NCBI GenBank assembly: GCA_030324005.1
Contig: JARDVH010000099.1
Span: 50,995,765-51,059,764 of the forward strand
Reading direction: 5' to 3'
Length of the DNA: 64,000 nucleotides
Source of the DNA: Negaprion brevirostris
Lineage: Eukaryota
The notes beneath the pieces were generated by a model that saw only the letters and a program-made list of their open reading frames with translations, searched no databases and was not told the origin of the DNA. Numbering within the stretch: position 1 is the first letter of the stretch; each line of letters begins with the position of its first letter. A program made the translations under genes and the position numbers. This document shows positions 51,280 through 64,000 of this stretch, in pieces.

Positions 51280-51605
51280 GTGGCACACTGCTGCCTCACA
51301 GCTCCAGGCTCTTGGGTTCGATTCTTAGCTTGGGTCACTGTTTGTGCGGAATTTGCACATTTTGCTTGTGTCTGCGTGTGTTTCCTCTGGGTGCTCCAGT
51401 TTCCTCCCACACTTCAAAGATGTGCGGGTTAGGTTGATTGGCCATACCAAATTCACCCTTAGTGTCCTGAGATGTGTGTGTTGGAGGGGTTAGCAGGATA
51501 AATATGTGGGGTTATTGGGATAGGGTCTGGGTGGGATTGTGGTCGCTGCAGACTTGATGGGCCGAATGGCCTCCTTTTGCACTTGTAGGGCTTTTCTGAT
51601 TCTCT
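51280..51605 (+). mobile_element. HE1-like V-SINE
   Basis: head, V-domain, gatgggccgaatggcctcc tail. Confidence 0.85.
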
Positions 51606-51609
51606 GGTG

Positions 51610-52740
51610 CCTTCCAGGGATCAGTCCATATGCTCTGCTCCTTTATCATCCACATGCTTGCCTGTGGCATCTGAAAGCATAGCATTAGTTTCCGCATGGA
51701 CGCAAACACACAGCTCTCCCTCACCACCACCTGTCTGAACCCATTCAAGTTTCTAGGTTATCTCCATCTAATGCTGAAGAGGCAGAAATTTCCTTCAGTT
51801 GCTGCACCAAACTGCATCGGTGAGCTGCTGGCTCCATCCCTCTCCATTGGTGACCTTCCTGATTCATCTCCCTCCATCGGGGAGCTGCTGGCTCCGTCCT
51901 TCTTGTCTGAGATTAAGACGATGCATCTTTGGTTTCATGTTTGTCCCCTGACCTTGTATTCCTGCCATCATTCAAACTATCAATTTCCATCTCGATAAAA
52001 TTACCCAGCTTCATCCTGTCTTACTGATTTTGTTACTGAAACTTTTACCCACGCCTTAGTCACCTCCAGAATCGACTATTCCAGCACGCTTCTGGCTGCA
52101 TTCCCACATTCTAACCTCGACCATCTCAGGGTCACCCAAAATCCTGCTGCCCTTTGTCTTCAGTCTAAGTGCTGTCCCCAATTACTACTCTGCACACTGA
52201 TCTACCGACTTGGTTCCCAGTCAGGCAATATCTTGAGTTATAATTCTCGACCTTTTCAAATTCCTTCACCACTCCCTTTGTCTGTAATCTCCCACAGTTT
52301 CCTCATTGAATATGTTTAAGTCAATGGTAGATAGATTTCTGATCAATAAGGGAATTGAGGGTTATGGGGAGAGAGCGGGAAAGTGGAACTGATCCACTTT
52401 GGATCAGCCATGATCTTACTGAATGGCGGGGCAGGCTCGAAGGGCGAGATGGCCTACTCCTGCCCCGATTTCTTATGTTCTATGCACAGCTGCACAACCC
52501 TCCAAGATATCTGCATTCTTCCAGCTGTGGCCTCTGGTCCCTGCCTATTTTTAATTCCCCCCGCATTGGCAGTCATGACTTCAGCTGCCTGGACCCCAAG
52601 TTCTGAAGTTCCTTCCCTCTTCCTCACTTTCCTCATTTAAGATATGCTATTAAAGTCCGTCTTTGAGCAAGCTTTTCTGACCTAATATCTATCTCCTGAT
52701 GTGTCTCAGTGTTGTACCGTTCATGTGAACTGCCTTTTGT
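51610..52740 (+). mobile_element. old L2-type LINE fragment with nested CR1 3' end (~52300-52482)
   Basis: degenerate RT YADD-region (..ISFxM.A.TQL.L) and HAxVTSRIDYSxxLLA motif; a second L2 piece at ~54100-54540 is split by a MITE (54354-54489). Confidence 0.65.
51815..51904 (+). repeat. 3 x 30-bp degenerate tandem repeat
   Basis: catcggtgagctgctggctccatccctctc and two variants. Confidence 0.7.
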
Positions 52741-52957
52741 TGAAGGGATCAAACAAATTGAGTCTCAGAACATATAGGGCTTCAACTAACAGCTTATCAA
52801 GCTTGTTCAGCATGCATGAGGGAGCGCATTCAGCTCTGAGTCAAGATTGCTTCTGAGCGACTCTGCACACTGCCACCCCCACCCCGCCGCAAGTTCTTTG
52901 AGTGTTTTTGTATCTTTTCATGTTACCCTGTTTACGTGCGAGGTTCTGATGAAATAA

Positions 52958-53295
52958 GGTCATAGAGGTTTACAGAATGGAAACAGGCCCTTCGGCCCAA
53001 CTTGTCCATGCTGCCCTTTTTTGAAAACCTCTAAGCTAATCCCAATTGCCCGTATTTGGCCAATATTCCCTCTATACCCATGTAACTGTCTAAATGCTTT
53101 TTAAAAGACAAAATTGTGCCCACCTCTACTACGATCTCTGGCAGCTTGTTCTAGTCACCACCCACTGTCTGAAAAAATTGCCCCTCTGGACTCTTTTGTA
53201 TCTCTCCCCTCTCACCTTAAACCTATGCCTTCTAGTTTTAGACTCCTGTACCTTTGGGAAAAGATATTGACTATTTAGCTGATCTATGCCCCTAA
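52958..53295 (-). mobile_element. CR1 LINE 3' end
   Basis: catagaggtttacag..aaacaggcccttcggcccaac; same subfamily as 4704-5213. Confidence 0.9.
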
Positions 53296-54867
53296 TCATC
53301 ATCATGTTGCTCTAAGTTCTGCTTTTGTCGCATTGTGCTATCTCCATTGCTGTGTGAGATTTTATCTTTAAACTGTTCTCCTGTTCCTATCCTGTATTGA
53401 TCATGTTAACATCATTGTAATATCAAATCATTACACATACTTTCTAATGTGCTGCTTGGTTAGCTTCTCAGAGGCAAAGTGGATCTGATGCATTATCTCC
53501 AGACATCANNNNNNNNNNNNNNNNNNNNNNNNNNNNNNNNNNNNNNNNNNNNNNNNNNNNNNNNNNNNNNNNNNNNNNNNNNNNNNNNNNNNNNNNNNNN
53601 NNNNNNNNACAGTCCAAAAGACACGTGGGTTAGGTATATTGACCATACTAAATTCTCCCTCAGTATACCCAAACAGACGCCGGAGGGTTTAGACTAGGGG
53701 ATTATCACAGTGACTTCATTGCTGTGTTGATGTAAGCCTACTTGTGACAATAATAAATAAACTTTCAGCACTTCAATGGCTGTAAAGATGTTGAAAGGTG
53801 TGCAGGTTTGGTGGATTAGCCATGGTAAATTGCCTCTTAGTGTCCAAAGGTGTGTAGGATGCGCAGGTTTACAGGGATAGGGCAGGGGGGGTGTGATGCT
53901 GTTTTGGAGAGTCATGCAGACTCGATGGGCCAAATAGCCTCTTTCTGCACTGTATGTGCTCTTTGGTTTTATGGAATATCTGTGCTGAAGGTTGGTATAT
54001 GAATGTAAAGTTTTCTTTCTTTCACTTGTCCACTAACAGCTCAGGTTAACCACTAAATTTGAGTCAGGGCAACAGGAAATGTGTACAATTAGGCTTGTTT
54101 CCATCTTTATACTGTTTAACACATCAATCTCCTCCTACACTTCCCCACCATCTCTCAACTGGGGGAAACTGCACTTGACTGCTTCATTCTTATCTGTTTA
54201 ACTATGGTTAGGGAATCACAATCTGTGGCTCCCTTCCCTCACTCCTGCAGTTACCTCTGGAGACTCCATGTATCAACTTTGGTTGTCTCTTATTTATGAT
54301 CTATATGCTGCCCCCTCAGTGTTATGAATGGAAAATGCAACATCAGTTCCCATGGCTGGAATTCTCCGGCCATTCACGCTCCACTGCGGTTGCCTGAGAG
54401 GACGGAGAATTTGGCGCTCAACTAAATCTCTGTTCACTGCAGCGGGATGGGAGAATCCTCCCAGTATCAACAGCCAGAGAATCCCACCCTAGATGTCTAC
54501 TGAGGACACCCAGTTGTACCCCGCAGTCCCTCCAATGCAATCAGATCCTTCCTACTCTGTGGCACCCAAAACGGTACACAACTGTCCAGCTGAGATCTAA
54601 CTAGTGTCTTTTATAGGTTCAGTCTGACCTCCTTGTTCTTGTACTCGAGGTACACAAGGTACCTTTCTCATTTAATCCTGACCTCTTGAGAATCTTCGAT
54701 CTTAATCACCCCTCCATTGATTGGCCGTTCCTTCAGCTGTCAAGGCCCTATGAAACTCCCACCGTTCACCTTTCTACCTCCTTACCTCTATATTCTCCTT
54801 TGAGATACTCCTTCACACCTACCCATTTGACCAACATTTTAGTCATCTGCTCTGATATCTCTTTATA

Positions 54868-55290
54868 AAAACATAGAAACTCGAAACAGGAGTAACCATT
54901 CGGCCCTTCGAGCCTACTCCACCATTCATTTTGATCATGGCTGATCATCGAAATCAATGTCCTGATCCTGCTTTAGCTCATATCCCTTGATCCCTTTAGT
55001 CCCAAGAGCTATATCTAATTTCTTCTTGAAATCACACAACGTCTTGGCCTCAACTACTTTCTGAGGTAGTGAATTCCACACATTCACCACCCTCTGGGTG
55101 AAGAGATTTCTTCTCATGGTTTACCCCTTATCGTCAAACTGTGACTCGATGGACTCCCCCACCATTGGGAATGTTCTTTCTGAATCTACCCCGTCTAATC
55201 CTGTTAGAATTTTAAAGTTTCTATGAGATTCCCTCTCAGTCTTCGAAACTCCAATGAATGTAATCCTCACAAAATTAATCTTTCCTCATA
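54868..55290 (-). mobile_element. CR1 LINE 3' fragment
   Basis: MRRNLFTQRVVNVWNSLPQKVVEAKTLCDFKKKLD peptide. Confidence 0.9.
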
Positions 55291-56539
55291 TGTGGCTTAC
55301 TGTTCACTGTTGTTTTATAATAGGATGGGGAAGGACCCTGGGATGTTTCATTATGTTAAAGGCACTATATAAATATTTGTTGTTGTCTGTGCTTTTGGCT
55401 GCAGAGGACACTTTGGTAATCTGTCTATTGTGGCTTGCTTCAACAACACTGGTTACAGACAAATTCTGTCTGAGCTAAGCAACCAGGAAGGCCAATTCTT
55501 TGCTGTGACCAGAGAAACCGGCATTACTCAGGCAACTTCAAGTTGCCCTTTCAACTCACAACTTTAGGTACCAAGCTCCTTCTGGGGGCTAAATTTACGG
55601 TCTGATTCACATACATTTTATTAGCTTTCCACTGAGTCTGAGCATTCTTTGTTGATGAATGGAATGGTTTTGTTGTGGTTATGCTGCAGATAACCTTCTC
55701 GTTGTGAGGAGTTGACAGTTCCTTTTGTAAAAGACCACCTGGGACTAATGCCAATGGTTGCTGGTTTTAAATAGGGCCTAAACAATTCTTTGTGCAGCGC
55801 AATCTGGGATTAGCACGAACCATTGTCATTTTGTTAGTCACTCGGGGCCTCTTGTTCTTGATTGATGATTGCTGGTGTTTATCGTATCTATCGGTTTACA
55901 TGAGAGACATTGTTGTCTTTGTTTTAAACTTTCATATTGTACTTTACACTTTTTTTTCAGATGTCTTGGATTGGACAAGGAAACATTCTCCAATTCTAAG
56001 GATGATTTTAAGATGTACCTATGATGGTGGTGAACAGAATTCCCCACCTTTCCAGTATATCTATTTCTGATTCCAGTTGAAGGCAAATTGTTTGTTTTTT
56101 TGCCCTCTCTTTTGCCAGACTGTCCAATGATCAGATGAAGAGGAGGGGTTGGCCTCGTGGTATTATCGGTGGCTGATTAGTTCAGAAGCTCAGCTAATGT
56201 TCTGGGGACCTGAGATTCGAAATCCGCCACTTCTGATGAGGAATTTGGATTCAAAAGATTGCCTGGATGCTTTGCTGACAGGTTTGGGGTAGGCGCCCAT
56301 CCAGCTCTTTCAAGCCAGTTGTTTCTGTACAGACAGGTTGTTTCCATTTTAATTATTTTAAAGTATAGAATATACGGCGATGGATATGTGCGGCTATCTT
56401 TTGACTATGATCCCCATTCGCTGGGATGTGCCTTTAGTCTTTTCTTTTAAAGATCAGTTAGGAGTTTGCAACTAATAAACTCAAAAATAATTTCCTTGAT
56501 GTAAAACAGTTTCACAACATTTGCAACCAGTTCCAAATC

Positions 56540-56870
56540 GGCACAGCAGTACAGTGGTTAGCACCGCTGCCTCACTGCGCCAGAGGCCCAGGTTCAGTAC
56601 CGGCCTTGCTGACTGTTTAGAGTTCTTACATTCTCTCCTATGATTGCATGGATTTCCCCGGGTGCTTCAGTTTCTTCCCACACTTCAAAGATGTGCGGGT
56701 TAGGTTGATTGGCCATGCTAAATTGCCCCTTAGTGGCCCAGGATGCATAGATTAGGAGGATTAGCAAGGTAAATATGTGATGGGGATAGGGCCTGGGATT
56801 GTGGCCAGTGCAGACTCAATGGGCTGAATGACCTCCTTCTGCACTGTAGGGATTCTATGATTCTATGACT
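56540..56870 (+). mobile_element. HE1-like V-SINE
   Basis: full head, V-domain, (attctatg)n tail. Confidence 0.88.
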
Positions 56871-56904
56871 GATTTTATTAGATTCACTACTAGATTCATG
56901 ACAA

Positions 56905-57485
56905 GATGCAGCTTCAACAACACTCAAGAAACTTGCCACCATTCAGGAGAAAGCAGCCTACTTAATTGGCACCCCTTCGATACACATTCACTCCCTTCAC
57001 CACTGACAAACAGTGGCAGCCGTGTGTATCATCTACAAGACACACTGTAGGAGCTCACCAAGGCTCCTTAGGCAGTACCTTCCAGACACAAAACTGCTAC
57101 CACCTAGAAGATGGACAAGAGCAACAGATACTTGGGAACAACATCACCTGGAAGTTCCCCTCCATGTCAAATTGGGATCAGCTTAGAGGTTTAAAAAAAA
57201 GGCGGCATGGACAAGTTGGGCTGAAGGGCCTGTTTCCATGCTGTAAACCTCTATGACTCTAAGTCACTCACTATCATGACTAGGAAATATATCGCCATTC
57301 CTTCACTGTCACTGGATCAAAATCCTGGAACTCCCTCCCTAACAGCACTGTGGGGGTATCTACACCTCATGGACTGCAGTAGTTTAAGAAGGCAGCTCAC
57401 CACCAACTTCTCAAGGGTAATTAGTGATGGACAATAAATGCTGGACAGCCGGTGATACCCTCTTCCCATATAAATGAAAAAAAAA
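56905..57485 (+). mobile_element. LINE 3' fragment with nested CR1 tail (~57165-57260)
   Basis: same family as 38790-39373, interrupted by aattgggatcagcttag...ctctatgactct. Confidence 0.8.
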
Positions 57486-57671
57486 CTTAAGATTGTGGGA
57501 ATAATTGGCATTTGCCAGTATATTGTTTATATATGTGGCTTTATTACTTTTCTTTGTTCAGCCTATGTTACTCCAGCTAATTACAAAAAAAAGACATCTC
57601 CACTAATTAGACTATTAAAAAAAAAACTAAGTGCAGTTGATTTAAACAAAGCAAAAGTGGAACATGCTTAC

Positions 57672-57755
57672 CGACATCTGTTGCTGTGCTATATTTGATG
57701 ATAGGGGTACTAGCACTTCCCATATCTGTTACACAGATAACTTGGAATAGAAAAG
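57672..57755 (-). CDS. USH2A: USH2A exon (end of last FN3 domain; not in ORF track)
   Basis: gttgtag| (T)FLFQVICVTDMGSASTPIIKYSTATDV(G) |gtaagc; 84 nt. Confidence 0.95.
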
Positions 57756-59452
57756 CTACAACAAGTAACAGAACATAATTACAATTCCAGTGAAGCTCAA
57801 TGTTTTACACATAGTTTTGGCAGACTCAACTGCAGAGAAAAAAGAACTTCCTTCATGCTGTTACATAATAAATAGGAAGGTGTGAGTGTATGGCTACAGG
57901 AAGTGAGGCAGTTATGCTGAAAGGTGACTTTTACCTGAGGCACAACAGAGCATTCAGGCAGGTGATTAATAAATATATACTGTGATACACACTGCCACAC
58001 ATACCTTTTGCCTCTAAATATAAAATTCCGCACATGAGGATAATTTTCCACCTCTGTTTTTGGTGGCCAGGGAATCCTTTTCATTTCCAGATGAGGGTGC
58101 AACCTTTCAGGGGCCCTGGTTGCTGGTGGGGTGAGGTCTGAAGAAGCCCATCCTGCCAGCATGACTTAATGGAGCCCCGCCTCTAGGCTTCCTTTTGACT
58201 ATTTGTCCAAAAGTATGGTGGAAAAAGACGGCAAAGCAGCCAGCGGGCTACACACCTCTTTTCACATCTGGACTGACACGGTCGAAAGAAGAGAAAATTC
58301 CACCCTAAGTTTCTTACAAATTATTGAAATATGAAAAATGAATGAGCCTTTAAATAGACTTCAACCTTGATAAAGGTTGCAGCAGAATAACCCTGAACAT
58401 TTACCAATAAACATATAATGGAGGCAAAGGTCAAACCAATGTTCTCTTGCTTCCAATGGAAAATGACATCCATGCTATTAAATGACACATTGAGGTAAAA
58501 TTCAGCCTCAGCATGGTCTCCCAGAGCAGGTTGTATCAGGTTAGCTCCTTAACTTTCCTTTCCATTCAAGTCAATTTCCAATCTTCAGTGCGTCAGGGAA
58601 GCAACAAGAAGCATTGGAATTCTTGACCAACTTGTTTATAAGTTAGCCAGGTAATTTATAGGAAAGGGAAGACATGGCAAGGAAAGTGACTATAAAGTGG
58701 TCCACAGTACCTAACAGTTAAAATTACCCAAGGAGCCATTTACACATAAAGGCTAAGATGTAAATAGGTTGGCCAAAGTTGACTTCACAGAAGGCTTGGG
58801 CCAGCTGCTGCAAAGGCACAATGGGGAAAGTTGCTGTCTAAGACCTTACAGCCATTGTGAACATGGGACTGGGAATTGTATAAACCCCCCTGGGCTGTAT
58901 GACTCACATTGAATGAATGCATAGAATATTACGTGAAGCACCTCTGCAACTTGATCAGTGTAGAAAGCTTAAATATCATTGCATTTTTTGCAATGACCAT
59001 TTTGAAACATTTTGTATTGTTCCTTTAATTGCATTGAAGCACCTCGGAGCACAAAATAATCGAGGCAGAAAACTTGAATATTATTGCACCAAAACATTCT
59101 TTCAATAATATAGCAACAGGATTGTAATTCGTGAAATGCAAGAAGAAAAATATTTATCTTCATGCTCCTCTAGTTTCACCCAAGGATTGGTGCCAGTATG
59201 TGCATCCCCTCTCCCCCACCCAACACACTCATGAACTATTAGAACGATTGCCAGCAAGGCTGCCAGGCCAAATTAGGCCCATGGTGACTGGTAAGATGCT
59301 CTGTAAACTCAGAAGCCTTTCAATAATGTATGGCCCTGAAGGTTGTTTTATAGCAGTATGAATGGAAGTTCCTTCTTGAATGATAGCCACAGAGTAGCAT
59401 TAACGAATTGAACTGTGAAGAAGACAAATCAGAGCAGTTTTTTTGAACTAAC

Positions 59453-59629
59453 TTTTATCAGATGTTCTCGGAATGTGCAATCTGCTGTCGAAGCCACTGT
59501 AAATGCGCAAGTTGTTCTCTGTCAGTATGTACTCCTTCAGCTCTCCATTCAGCTGGAATGTTTGACTCCAGTCCACATAAATTGTTGTCAAGTTGCTGGT
59601 TACACTGAATGGTGCTTTGTACTGGGGCA
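59453..59629 (-). CDS. USH2A: USH2A FN3 exon
   Basis: ctccccag| (M)PQYKAPFSVTSNLTTIYVDWSQTFQLNGELKEYILT...HIPRTSDK |gttagt; 177 nt. Confidence 0.96.
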
Positions 59630-60653
59630 CTGGGGAGCAAAGCAGGTTACATTGCTGAAAGCAGTAACTAGATTATCTTTAAATTCCTTCTGATTAGTTA
59701 AACTTGAGAGGTTCATAATTCTAATTTTTTTTTCTAAATTGCCCCTTTCCATTTAAGAACGTGAATTGAAAAACATACAGCAAGGTCCTTTTACATCTAT
59801 TAGAGATACACAATAAAGTGGTATGCCTTCTAAATAAGAGAGGTATAATTAAGTGAAGTGCGTGAGTATCTATACAAGATGTGCAGTCTACATCAACTGC
59901 TATGATGGTTATAACATGAAGCCAGTAAATAATATGGATAGAGAGAAGTTATGAGTAAGGGTTATCAATTGGATATAACCCATAATGGGTGCAGGGATCG
60001 TGACACACTTAGGCTTTGTCTAATGGAAGTGATGCAGTTTACACATCAACCTCATCCTGCCAACTCATCTCCATTATTGCAGTGCACAGCCTACCTACTT
60101 CCGACTGGCTGCAAGTTTAGCAGGGGTCCAGGTGCATGTGAAGCTAGCATTAGTTAAAGTTTGCCTGTACTTCTTAAATTCACCCTGCAATTTTTAAAGG
60201 GGAGATCAATTTAGACTACAGCAGCTGTTTAAATTATCTCTGCAATGTTTCACACAAGGAAGAGAGAGGAGCAATAGAGCAACAGACGATAGAGAGGGTT
60301 CCCAGGTTCTCTGATGCAGTGATGCAGGTCTGAGTCCAGAAAGAGAAATGTCATTATTTGACATGGGGGTCACAAGGCTCTCCAGGTATTCACTATGAAA
60401 AGGATGGGNNNNNNNNNNNNNNNNNNNNNNNNNNNNNNNNNNNNNNNNNNNNNNNNNNNNNNNNNNNNNNNNNNNNNNNNNNNNNNNNNNNNNNNNNNNN
60501 NNNNNNNNNNNNNNNNNNNNNNNNNNNNNNNNNNNNNNNNNNNNNNNNNNNNNNNNNNNNNNNNNNNNNNNNNNNNNNNNNNNNNNNNNNNNNNNNNNNN
60601 NNNNNNNNNNNNNNNNNNNNNNNNNNNNNNNNNNNNNNNNNNNNNNNNNNNNN

Positions 60654-60825
60654 AGTCCTCTGGGTGCTCCAGGTTCCTCCCACAGTCCAAAAGATGTGCT
60701 GGTTAGGTGCATTGGCCATGCTAAACTCTCTCTCAGTGTACCCTTACAGGTGCCAGAGTGTGGCAACTAGGGAATTTTCTTGGCAGAGTTAATGTAAGCC
60801 TACTTGTGACAAAAATAAATAAACT
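60654..60825 (+). mobile_element. V-SINE 3' half, alternative tail type
   Basis: V-domain plus taatgtaagcctacttgtgac tail; another partial copy at 53609-53765. Confidence 0.8.
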
Positions 60826-61542
60826 TTAAGACTTACACTTTCTTAAAATAAAAAAAAAATACATCCTTGTGGCTAATTTCTAAACTTCTTGAAACTGGAT
60901 AATGACCTTTTAAAATGAAGCATGTGTGGCTACAACCTTCGAACAATAGATGCTAATCTGGCTGTATCAGGAAATATGCACCTCACTATCTCTGAAGAGA
61001 TACTAATGACCCCTGTGGGCTGCAGACACCAAATCCAAAGGGAACCTTTGCATTTCAGGAAGCAGGCTGGCCAACCGGCAACTACTAATCTGCTAAGACA
61101 AAGCACACTGCAACCCTCTAACAAATTCTTAATGGCTGGAAAATTATCCACCTCTGCAACCCAAACAAAGGGATATATCATAACATTCAAGGGTATGGGA
61201 CAAGTACAAGAAAATGGAATAAGTGCACCTTAACTGGTAGGTATTGTCAGTGCAGACTGGATGGGCTGAAGGGCCTTTCCAGCGCTGTATGACTCTATGA
61301 CTTACCCAAGCTGAAGTGGAGAGATGGGAGCCTTGTGATATGATCCCTTAGCTGGTGGAACCTGTAATCCTGCCTTGTGTAGCTGCAAAGATCAGCCATC
61401 CATGTTTCCATCTACCAAGCAATAGCACAGAAAAGGGACTCTGTCCAGGTTTGAATGCCTGGTCTTGTTTACACTTATTCCACAAGTTCTCCTGTACCAT
61501 CACCTACAAGCTGACTCATCTCTATGTGCCTATTTCCAGCAG

Positions 61543-61850
61543 CACATTGGCACATTGGTCAGCACTGCTGCCTCACAACGCCAGGGACTGGGTTCGATTC
61601 CCAGCTTGGGTCACTGTCTGTGCGGAGTCTGCACATTCTCCCCATGTCTGCATGGGTTTCCTCTGGATACTCTGGTTCCCTCTCACAGTCCAAAAGATGT
61701 GCTCGTTAGGTGTATTGGCCATGCTAAATTCTCCCTTACTGTACCTGAACAGCTGCTGGAGTGAGGCGACTAGGGGACTTTCACAGTAACTTCATTGCCG
61801 TGTTAATGTAAGCTTACTTGTNNNNNNNNNNGACACTGATTAATAAACCT
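61543..61850 (+). mobile_element. V-SINE, alternative tail type
   Basis: head with B-box ggttcgattcc, V-domain, gactaggggactttcacagtaacttcattg tail. Confidence 0.85.
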
Positions 61851-62867
61851 TTAAAAAAAAGTGAATCATCCAGCATCAGCTCAGCTAGCTGAAATTTGTA
61901 AAGGAATACACACAGTATTGGACTTCGATTTTGGACTCTGGACTCATGTGAAAATGTTTTTTCTCTGTGGTCTTTTCCTTGTAAATCTTTCTTTCTCTAT
62001 CCCCTTTTACAGTTTGAATGCCCAGAGAGCTACAGCGATTCCCCCCTCAGCTAGCATCTTGAGTGTGCGCAAATAATCTAACAGGAAAACACTCTGGTTT
62101 CCCCACCGCCATAAGCACTTACAGCCAATTCAGTTGAATTGCAACCTATATACAAAGTTACAAAGTCTTTATGCCACTTGCCTCTGAAGCAATTTTTGTC
62201 TTACTTCTATTTAAAAAATAATTTTTAGTATGAGATAAAATATTCTCCATGAACATTCTGGGATGCTGTTTCAGGGACAATTACAGTTGTTGTTTTGAGA
62301 GTGTCTCTCAGCCCCTTGGAAGATGGTGGGGCTTGTGCCTGCCCCAAGCCACAGAGCCCCTGACACTTGATCAGTGCACACGACCAAGGTCATTACTGCC
62401 ATTTCGCTGGGCAACGTAGCTGGTACTTCCGACTCTGCTCGGTGACATGCTTCAGGTGGGATTAGCTACAGTACAATGTGGCCGGCAACCCTGGCTGAAG
62501 AGAAAATACTTTAAATATTTACAAAAAAGAAGAAATTCAATCTAGCACTTTGCCTGGTGAGTGTATCACTCTGCGATTAAATATTAATCACCATATCTAT
62601 TCAGATTAAACCACCAATTCACTGCTTCAACATCTCTCAACACTAGGAACACACGAGAGTTCAGAGAACCAGCTGTGCTTTGGGGTGAATGAGGATAATG
62701 TTCATTGCGTGATAATAATAAACTGTCCATGTTTGGAGAAACTTCCAGTGGGAAATGTGTAAGTGGCATTATGCGGCAAGTAGCCAGAGGAACAGATTCA
62801 CGTATAATTTCCCCCATTCAACTACTGCAGTTACATTGGGGTGCAGAGAAATATCCACCATATATAG

Positions 62868-63015
62868 TAAGAACAAGGAAAATTACAGCACTGGAACAGG
62901 CCCTTCGGCCCTCCAAGCCTGCACCGACCGTACTGCCCATCTGAACTAAAATCTCCTATCTTTCCGGGGACCGTATCTCTCTATTCCCATGTATTTGTCA
63001 AGATGCCTCTTAAAA
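62868..63015 (-). mobile_element. CR1 LINE 3' end
   Basis: aagaacaaggaaaattacagcactggaacaggcccttcggccc. Confidence 0.75.
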
Positions 63016-63734
63016 TTCTCTGTGCTACAAAATATAATTTCATTCATTTATTGAAACGTCAGACACAAATAATCACATTTTTTTGGAAAGGGAGTACTTA
63101 TGAGGGACAGAAATCTACATTTCCCTAGGTGCACCAGCATTTAAACTAGGCCCTGGTTGCCAATCCAAGAAATTAGTTCAATTTTATCTGAAAACCTTAC
63201 ATATGCCCCTTTAAGAGTGTTTTCAAGAGATCGACATTTAAAAAAGAAAGCAAAATCTGATGTGACACCAGCATCCTTTTGTTAGATTAAACTAGTCATT
63301 CATGTAGACAGGTCTCAGGCAGTATAACAAGCTACAGATGGTTTGATAGAGAGAAGGCTTTGAATGCTAGCTGGAGCACAAGATTTGATATTTTTGGCTT
63401 TATTGGAATAAAATGTAACTGAATCAGCAAAATTCAGAACTGTGGCCTCATCCTTAATAGAAGGCATAGCACAATTCTCATTTGAACCCAATCTATATCA
63501 AAAGTCAGTTCAACATCATTATATGTCAATCATCAAGTACAAATTTCCAAACTTTCACAATAAAATTCTGATATATGTGCATCAGCAATATAAGAAAATG
63601 TGCACGCATCCTGTTGCAACATGTATTATTTATAAACTGCTTGATATGTGTATCACTATCACATCTATGGGGGGGTTGGGGATCAAGTGTAACAGAACAT
63701 TATTATTCCACTTGACCAGTCGAATTATACTTAC

Positions 63735-63952
63735 TCTCTTTCAGTGTAGTAATGGCAATCCACTCGGAGGCTGTGCTGCCCACTGAGTTGTAGCTTATTA
63801 TTTTAAGGTTATAACTTGTGTAAGGCTGGAGGTCTGTCAAGTTGAAGCTCTGGCCTTTTCCGGTGTATACAACTTTAATGGGTTCAGCAATACAAGACTG
63901 CGCTATTGGTTGCATTGGCTGAGGACAGGCGATGAGCATCTGGAGCTCATAG
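63735..63952 (-). CDS. USH2A: USH2A FN3 exon
   Basis: tttctag| YELQMLIACP...LQPYTSYNLKIISYNSVGSTASEWIAITTLKE |gtaagt; FN3 LxPxTxY motif; 218 nt. Confidence 0.95.
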
Positions 63953-64000
63953 CTAGAAACAGAAAGGAGTTCAATAAACTGAAATGAAATTCAGAGACTT

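Noticed and set aside
5144-60792. Long ORFs made mostly of X
   Set aside because: Artifacts of N-gaps.
61543-61615. tRNA-like A/B boxes here and in similar copies
   Set aside because: These are SINE heads continuing into the V-domain, not tRNA genes.

Overview
Gapped eukaryotic assembly, very probably a cartilaginous fish (shark), judged from abundant HE1-like V-SINEs and CR1 LINE fragments. Two convergent vertebrate genes are present. KCTD3 lies on + with 11 visible coding exons (2165-31212); its BTB exons are upstream of the window and one internal exon is probably hidden in an N-gap. The 3' end of USH2A (usherin) lies on - with six canonical coding exons (63952 down to the stop at 38403), ending in a PDZ-binding DTQL. 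The best finding is the ~4.7 kb between the genes (32.2-36.9 kb, - strand). It holds a chain of exon-like blocks which, read across frameshifts, give repeated EF-hand pairs resembling EFCAB6, suggesting a decayed intron-containing gene that the ORF track misses. A second finding is a 105-nt in-frame cassette exon in the USH2A cytoplasmic tail resembling the inner-ear-specific usherin exon. All homologue comparisons are from memory; no searches were run. Repeat boundaries are approximate.
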